Assembly (NCBI GenBank): GCA_963699755.1
Contig: CAVOVB010000002.1
Location: 800,001 to 864,000, forward strand
Source of the DNA: an uncultured delta proteobacterium
GTDB taxonomy: Bacteria; Myxococcota_A; Polyangia; Polyangiales; Houyiibacteriaceae
Length of the DNA: 64,000 bases
Direction of reading: 5' to 3'
Part shown: one piece after another, positions 58,492-64,000 of the stretch
Position numbering within the stretch: the first letter of the stretch is position 1
How the letters are laid out: each line of letters begins with the position of its first letter
The notes under the pieces: model-generated
Told to the model about the DNA's origin: nothing
Seen by the model: only the letters and a program-made list of their open reading frames with translations
Database searches by the model: none
Translations under genes and position numbers: made by a program

Positions 58492-58680
58492 ATGAGCACC
58501 AAGAAGCACACCGTCTACATCATCGAGACCAGCGACAAGCGCAAGAGTACCAAAACCGCGCGCGGTCGGCTTCGAGACCAAGGACGCGAGCTTCGCGTTC
58601 AAGCTCGACGTCTTCCCATAGACCAAGTTCCAGCCTCGCGAGGAAAAGCCCGCCGTTCAAGAGGAGGTCCTTGCCGAGTC
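58492..58680 (+). pseudogene. DUF736-like copy 4, frameshifted with a nonsense codon
   Basis: MSTKKHTVYII...; frame shifts before KDASFAFKLDVFP*TKFQ; hairpin follows at 58697. Confidence 0.8.
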
Positions 58681-58746
58681 ACTGCCGGCCTCCAGGCAAC
58701 CAGGGCGCCCTGCCCTGGTCGTCTGCCAAGTTTCGGGCCGCGGGTC

Positions 58747-59766
58747 CTAGGGCATGCGCGAGGCGATGTCTCTTGCGGTTTCAACGATGGTGTCGCGCAG
58801 CGGGCGCGCTCGCCAGTCGAGCCAGGTCCTCGCTTGCTGGTTGGAGAGGTCTATATGCTCGCCAAGCCGGGGAACGATCAGGGCGACGGCTTTGTCGAAC
58901 CGCCCAACGATGCGTACGAGCCAGTTGGGGAGAACCCGAGTCGGCACTTTGTAGCCGGCTGCTCTGATCTGCTCGGCGAGCTCGGCGTAGGAGCACTCTT
59001 CACCAAACAGAATGAATCGCTTTCCCGCCGCACCAGGCGCTCGCAGCGCGGCGACATGTGCGATCGCAACATCCCGCACGTCTACGATGGGCAGATACAG
59101 ACGCGGAACGCCAGGTATGTCACGGTGAAGCAACTTGCGAATGAGCTCGTTTGACGTGTTGTTGGTGCCGAGCAGCGACGGGCCCAGCACGTAGGCCGGG
59201 TTCATCACGGCCAGCTCCATGGGGGAATCTTCCGACAGGCCCTCGATGAATTCCCACGCTGCGCGCTCGGCGAGAGTCTTGCTCTTTTCATATGCCGCCA
59301 GCGGTTGGTCGAGGTCCGACCAGTCGCTCTCGTCGAGGGCCTCCCCGCGATCGCCTTTCTCGTTGTGAACGATCGCGGCGATGGACGAGGTCATGACCAC
59401 GCGTGAAACGCCTGCAGCCTGCGCGGCACGCAAGACGCGGAGAGTCCCATCTCGGGCAGGGCGGATGAGATCCTCCTCGTGCTCAGAGGGTGCCGCCGGC
59501 AGAGGCGAGGCCGTGTGAAGCACGTACTGAGCACCTTCGACCGCTGCCGACCATCCGTCGTCCTCGAGGAGGTTGGTGGCGACGAAGGATAAACGCGCTG
59601 CGGCCTCATCGTCGAGCGCGAGCGCCGCCCGGATCGCAGGTGCCTTGTCGAGGCTGCGCAGTGTCCCACGGACACGGTAGCCTTCGCGCAGCAGCTCGCG
59701 TATGCAGTGCAGCGCGATGAACCCCGAGGCCCCAGTCACCGTCACGAGTGTCGTGTTCTCCGTCAT
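58747..59766 (-). CDS. NAD-dependent epimerase/aldehyde reductase (extended SDR)
   Basis: VTGASGFIA, HTASP, YEKSKTLAE, VDVRDVA. Confidence 0.92.
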   Translation of the reverse strand: MTENTTLVTVTGASGFIALHCIRELLREGYRVRGTLRSLDKAPAIRAALALDDEAAARLSFVATNLLEDDGWSAAVEGAQYVLHTASPLPAAPSEHEEDLIRPARDGTLRVLRAAQAAGVSRVVMTSSIAAIVHNEKGDRGEALDESDWSDLDQPLAAYEKSKTLAERAAWEFIEGLSEDSPMELAVMNPAYVLGPSLLGTNNTSNELIRKLLHRDIPGVPRLYLPIVDVRDVAIAHVAALRAPGAAGKRFILFGEECSYAELAEQIRAAGYKVPTRVLPNWLVRIVGRFDKAVALIVPRLGEHIDLSNQQARTWLDWRARPLRDTIVETARDIASRMP

Positions 59767-60046
59767 CTGGTGTGTCTCCTCAGAATTCGATCGACCGGAG
59801 AATCGTCGATGTTTCCACGCTCGGGGTCAACCCAAACCTGCCCCCATGCTTCCGTTGCTCTCCGCGCTTTTCGCAACCGTCCGACCGTACCGTCCGGCGA
59901 TCTCGCGGTAGGCCAGTCTGTCCCTGTTTCGATGCTGAGCTGCGATGTCCTCAGGTGTCCGCTCCGTGCGGTCAGGAGTGTCCAAGGCACGAGCTGCTGG
60001 AACAGGGCGGGGGACAGTGAGCGCTTCGCCGGTGGGGGCCTCCGGA

Positions 60047-61195
60047 CTAGGTGAGCCCCTTGTTCGGGTTGATCAGGTATTTCTCGCCTGTCGCCTGCTT
60101 TCCGTAGACCGAGATGGCGTCGAGGGTCAGGGCTTCCGCGAGGGAAACTTCCTGCGTGTAGCTGCTCGCGAAGGTTGTCTTGATTTCGGCAGCAACGCGT
60201 TCCTTCAATTTCCGAGAAGCTTCGGGGCCGATCTTCTGGAGAAACGGAAACAGCAACCAGCCGCCCACGCCCCAGGCCATGCCAAAGCTTCGGGTGAGGA
60301 CGATGGGGCTGCGATCGAGGCCGCCATAAATGTAGACCTGCTTGTATGTGGTCGTGCCGTACGGGCTGTACGGGGCCCCTCTTGCACTCGCGGCCGCTTC
60401 CATGCAGGTGAGGATCTGCCCCGCCAGCGTGCCGCCGCCGATGGCGTCGAAGGCCAGTGTCGCGCCCGTGGCGATGAGCGCGTCGGTCAGATCTTTCATG
60501 AACGTCGGTTCGCTGGAGTTGCAAACATGGCTGGCACCCATGCCCCGGAGCAGCGCGACCTGTTCGGCTTTGCGCACGATGTTGACCAGCGGCACCTCAT
60601 CCGCGAGGCAGACCTTCTGCAGCATCTGGCCGAGATTGGAGGCCGCTGCGGTGTGTACGAGAGCGCTGTGGCCCTCGAGGCGCATGGTTTCGACCATGCC
60701 GAGCGACGTCAGAGGATTGACGAACCAGAACGCGCCCTGTGCTGGCGTGGTGCCGTCGGGCAAAGGAAGTGCCTGGTTTGCGGAAACGCAGCGGTACTGC
60801 GAGTACATGGCTCCGCCGATGATCCCGACGGTCTTGCCGATCAACGCCTGCGCGGACTTGTCGGCACCGGCCGCGACCACGATGCCGGCGCCTTCGTTAC
60901 CCACCGCCATCGACTTATCGACCCGGGCTGCCATTGCAGGCATGAGCTTGTCGGGAACGCTTGCGGTGACGACCGGACGATCCGCGCTGCCCGAGGCGCG
61001 CAGGGTCGTAGGGTCCGCGGCACCGAAGAGCAGGCCAAGATCGGACGGGTTGATCGGCGATGCTTCGACATGGACCAGCACCTCATCGTCTTTGGGTTCT
61101 GGGATAGGCACCGTCACGAGCGACAACTCGAGCGTGCCGTCCCGTTTGATGATCGATCGCAACTGCAGCGCGTCACCCGAAAGCTTCTTGGTCAT
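60047..61195 (-). CDS. MDR-family (zinc-binding-type) dehydrogenase/NADH oxidase
   Basis: EASPINPSDLG, GNEGAG, FVNPLT, HTAAASNLG. Confidence 0.9.
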   Translation of the reverse strand: MTKKLSGDALQLRSIIKRDGTLELSLVTVPIPEPKDDEVLVHVEASPINPSDLGLLFGAADPTTLRASGSADRPVVTASVPDKLMPAMAARVDKSMAVGNEGAGIVVAAGADKSAQALIGKTVGIIGGAMYSQYRCVSANQALPLPDGTTPAQGAFWFVNPLTSLGMVETMRLEGHSALVHTAAASNLGQMLQKVCLADEVPLVNIVRKAEQVALLRGMGASHVCNSSEPTFMKDLTDALIATGATLAFDAIGGGTLAGQILTCMEAAASARGAPYSPYGTTTYKQVYIYGGLDRSPIVLTRSFGMAWGVGGWLLFPFLQKIGPEASRKLKERVAAEIKTTFASSYTQEVSLAEALTLDAISVYGKQATGEKYLINPNKGLT

Positions 61196-61433
61196 GGTGT
61201 GGTCGATTCGGTGAGACCCTGACCGGAGCGGTCAGCGTCCAGGGCTGATTGTAAGAACAAACGCCCGTGCCGTGTTCCAGGAACTGAGCCTGGGAGCGAG
61301 AACGACGCGATTCGGGACCCGAATGGGCGAAGAGAGGGCGAAGCTCGCCACGGGGGTCCACAATGGAGCTTGCATGTTGGAGTGCATGTGGCTCGCCCGC
61401 TAGACTTCTGAATGGGAGCTTGGGGGACCTGGC

Positions 61434-62234
61434 ATGGCGAATAGCTCGACATTGAGTCGAATGGGACTCCTGGTCGGTGCGGGATTTCTGATCGCCGCGG
61501 CATTGCTGGTTTCGAACGCCCCGTCGGGCCTGAGGATGTTCGGACAGGGCGGGCACTACTCGAAGGTAGGCCAGTCGGTCGTCGAGAAGGTGCGCGACCT
61601 CGCGGCCCTGACCACGGTCGAGGTCGTCGAGTCCACGACCATCGACAAAGGCAACGACTTCGGCTGGCTCAACTGGGCGCGAGGCGACCGGGTCTTCATG
61701 TTCGTCGTCGCGAAGATCGGCGCCGGCATCGACTTCGAGCAGTTCTATACAGAGAGCTTCGAGGTCGACAGCGAGTCCGGCACCGTTTTCGTTCAGATGC
61801 CCCCCGCAGAGATTACCTACGTGGCCATCGACAACGCGCAAACGCAGGTCATCGACCGAGACACCGGCCTCTTCACCAAGGGCGACCCCAAGCTAGAGTC
61901 CGACGCAAGGCAGGTCGCAGAACAGGTCCTCCGAAACGCTGCCATCGAGGCGGGGATCCTCGACCGAGCGCAAAAGAACGCGCGCGCGATCATCGAGGGA
62001 CTGCTGCTCGAGCTCGGGTACACGCGCGTGGTGTTCGGGCGCGACCGGGTGTCAAGTATGCTGAGGCCGTCCGGCTCACGATTCAGACGCAACCAAGTCG
62101 GGCAGGAAACCCGCGAGCGTGCTCATCTCTTCGTGGCAATGGACGGCAAGCGCGCGACCGAAGGACATCCGAGCGAGGATCCGGCGAACCCAAGGACGGT
62201 TTCCGATTGCACCAGGTGCTTCGCTCCGATCTGA
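61434..62234 (+). CDS. DUF4230-domain protein (C-terminal ~60 aa probably read-through)
   Basis: TM anchor, KIGAGID, P.AEI, GILDRAQKNA, GYTRVVF. Confidence 0.8.
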   Translation: MANSSTLSRMGLLVGAGFLIAAALLVSNAPSGLRMFGQGGHYSKVGQSVVEKVRDLAALTTVEVVESTTIDKGNDFGWLNWARGDRVFMFVVAKIGAGIDFEQFYTESFEVDSESGTVFVQMPPAEITYVAIDNAQTQVIDRDTGLFTKGDPKLESDARQVAEQVLRNAAIEAGILDRAQKNARAIIEGLLLELGYTRVVFGRDRVSSMLRPSGSRFRRNQVGQETRERAHLFVAMDGKRATEGHPSEDPANPRTVSDCTRCFAPI

Positions 62235-62470
62235 GTGCCTGGGCGCTTGTCTTCCCAGGCCATCCAGACGTGGTCCCGCGGGTGCCAGCGTCTGTAGTGC
62301 TCGGTGGTCTGCATGTATTTCCCGAACCATCAGCCGATCATCTTTGGTGAAACGCCTGGCATGCGTGTGAGGACGGCGACGTGAAGAACGCCGTCGGGCA
62401 GCTGCTCGACCCCGCTGAGATAAGGCAGCGTTTCGGGGGTCAGGAGCGTGGGGAGGTCTTCGAGCTTCAT
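62076..62470 (-). pseudogene. PhlG/DAPG-hydrolase-like pseudogene
   Basis: VAVLTRMPGVSPKMIG*WFG...YRRWHPRDH, then in another frame HCHEEMSTLAGFLPDL; nonsense codon plus deletion/frameshift. Confidence 0.75.
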
Positions 62471-62685
62471 GTCGCGACCTGCATGAACAGGACCAGCCCG
62501 ACCAAAAGGATCGCGAACGCGGCCATCCCGTGTCGGCGCGTGGGAGCGGAGACGCCGCTGTTCTTGTCGATCCATTGCGGGAGGAACAACATCCACGCCT
62601 TGCCCGACTCACGGTATGCGCGGATCGACGCGTAGATGCTGTACCAAAATCCGACTATCAATAGAGCCAGTACGGGCTTGGACAT
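62467..62685 (-). CDS. Small membrane protein
   Basis: Two hydrophobic segments; ATGA overlap with the downstream pseudogene. Confidence 0.6.
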   Translation of the reverse strand: MSKPVLALLIVGFWYSIYASIRAYRESGKAWMLFLPQWIDKNSGVSAPTRRHGMAAFAILLVGLVLFMQVAT

Positions 62686-62691
62686 GGGCGC

Positions 62692-63090
62692 CTAGAGCGA
62701 GCACCAGGGGTGGCCGTCTTGGCCCGGAATGCAGCTTCCTTCCAGGACCTGTGGTGCGGGGCAGTCGGCGGCGAGGCAACGTTCGCACAGGCGGATTGGC
62801 AAAAAGAACGATGGCGAGCGTACCTTGCTGCCGTCAGCGATAGAGCCGATGGCTTGGAGTTGGGCCGTCAGCTCAGGAGCAGTCAGCTCGGGATCCAAAA
62901 CGGTGGGAGATTCGCAGCTTGCGTCCGGGCGGACGGCGCCGTGAATCGCGAGGGCCCCATCGAGCGGGTCGAAAGCCCCAACGCCGCCGCTTCCACCGGT
63001 GCCGCCGTCATCATGTCCACCAGTCGAGCCCGAGCATGCGACGGTGAGGACTGCGCCGACGATGAAGACCATTTCCGCAAACTTCGGCAC
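62692..63090 (-). CDS. Hypothetical lipoprotein, possibly truncated
   Basis: Lipobox TVAC then Gly-rich linker. Confidence 0.5.
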   Translation of the reverse strand: MPKFAEMVFIVGAVLTVACSGSTGGHDDGGTGGSGGVGAFDPLDGALAIHGAVRPDASCESPTVLDPELTAPELTAQLQAIGSIADGSKVRSPSFFLPIRLCERCLAADCPAPQVLEGSCIPGQDGHPWCSL

Positions 63091-63306
63091 TGCCGAAGGA
63101 GACTAGCATGGAACATGCCTCGCAATGCTCCGGCATCCTCGCGAGCTGGATCGGAGGATTAGACTAACGCCGAGGCGCGGCGGTCTCGAGCTCTGTGGTT
63201 GACCGTGTTTCCCTTCCCGACGTATTCTGGCGCTTCACTGATCTGCTGACCGTTCGCGTAAGCCTTCATCGTTGGCGGTCCCCATGCTCACGTGGAGGGT
63301 TCTCCG

Positions 63307-64000
63307 ATGTATTTGCACGTTTCGCAACTCAATGACCGCGCTCCGCTGCTGCTTCCCTCCGCCGCGTTGTTCGGACTGTTCCTGCTGGCGAGCCCCGCAT
63401 TGGCGGATGGCTCGCTGAGTGTCGGGACCTGTGTGCGCGACATCACACCCATCTCGCCAAGTCTGGCGACGGCCTACGAGGCCGCGTTCGGTGTGCCTGC
63501 CGTCGTCAATCACACCGACCCGATCTACATGGCCGGCTTTGGGAATGGCCGCGAGGCGACTGACTACAATGATCGCCTATGGGCGCGCGGCGTGGTGCTC
63601 GACCGGGGGGATTCGCGCGTTGCGATCGTCAGCATCGACTTGGTTGGGTACTTCAAGAACGAGGTCGACACGATCCGTGCGCTCGTCTCGCCTTCATCGG
63701 AGATCGACTTCGTCCTCGTGTCGAGCACGCACCAACACGAAGGGCCCGATACGCTCGGCTTGTGGGGCCCCGACGAGACCACCACGGGAATCGACTACGC
63801 CTACCTCGATTTCGTGAACACCGCCGTGGCGGACTGCATCGACGAAGCCTCGGCGAGCCGCGAGAAGGCGCGCATCTACTACGCCACCACCAACAGCGCA
63901 GGCCTCTCGCTGGGCGTTGATCCGGAGGACGATGGCTTCGGCGTGGCGGACGGCAAGGTGCTCGAAGGCGACGAGGCACTCGCCCCAGCCACCGAAGGTC
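63307..64000 (+). CDS. Secreted neutral/alkaline ceramidase-like protein, runs off the window edge
   Basis: Manual translation: signal ending ALA-D, DITP, YMAGFGNGR, DRLWARGVVL, STHQHEGPDTLGLWG; GGAGG RBS. Confidence 0.8.
   Translation, partial: MYLHVSQLNDRAPLLLPSAALFGLFLLASPALADGSLSVGTCVRDITPISPSLATAYEAAFGVPAVVNHTDPIYMAGFGNGREATDYNDRLWARGVVLDRGDSRVAIVSIDLVGYFKNEVDTIRALVSPSSEIDFVLVSSTHQHEGPDTLGLWGPDETTTGIDYAYLDFVNTAVADCIDEASASREKARIYYATTNSAGLSLGVDPEDDGFGVADGKVLEGDEALAPATEG

Noticed and set aside
44065..58721. CRISPR array from the 25-nt palindromic repeat
   Set aside because: Copies are kilobases apart with genes between them, there are no regular 30-40 nt spacers, and no cas genes.
62330..62332. 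TGA recoding (Trp or selenocysteine)
   Set aside because: TGA is used as a normal stop throughout the window, and the same gene also has a deletion/frameshift.
1..64000. tRNA/rRNA genes or an att site bounding the island
   Set aside because: No cloverleaf/T-loop consensus, rRNA-like tract or terminal direct repeat was recognised; island limits (~38.2 and ~58.7 kb) rest on gene content only.

Overview
GC-rich bacterial DNA, most likely Myxococcota (Polyangiales-like), inferred from the Cys-rich lipoproteins, the DDPLCG-tailed coiled-coil protein and several sigma54 promoters. Bases 1-38 kb hold ordinary chromosomal and metabolic genes: DEAD-box helicase plus RRM protein, Deg protease, LLM oxidoreductase, metY and a metX-metW fusion, a MacAB-like ABC exporter, ygiQ, an RNA methyltransferase, ABC1 kinase, LysR/SDR, arylsulfatase, pirin, GDSL lipase, fatty acyl-AMP ligase and LDH. 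Bases ~38.3-58.7 kb are an accessory mosaic with no integrase, transposase or reverse transcriptase visible in the window. It carries mobilome genes (DUF3768, radC x2, two RES/Xre-type toxin-antitoxin pairs, four copies of a small DUF736-like gene). It is built from about seven short sequence modules that recur in different combinations around unrelated cargo genes. The modules are a two-stem leader hairpin, a CAACCAGGGC hairpin, a 'CDVGAFE' gene-tail remnant, a CGCACCC...CAAACGCAAA box, a sigma54 promoter, an AATTACGTAT promoter element and a leaderless mini-ORF. Many cargo genes are secreted proteins sharing an 'MRYL' signal peptide. This integrase-free, cassette-like architecture is the best candidate for an undescribed system. 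The last 5 kb has dehydrogenases, a DUF4230 gene, a PhlG-like pseudogene and a partial ceramidase-like gene. Family assignments are from motif recognition only; no database searches were run.
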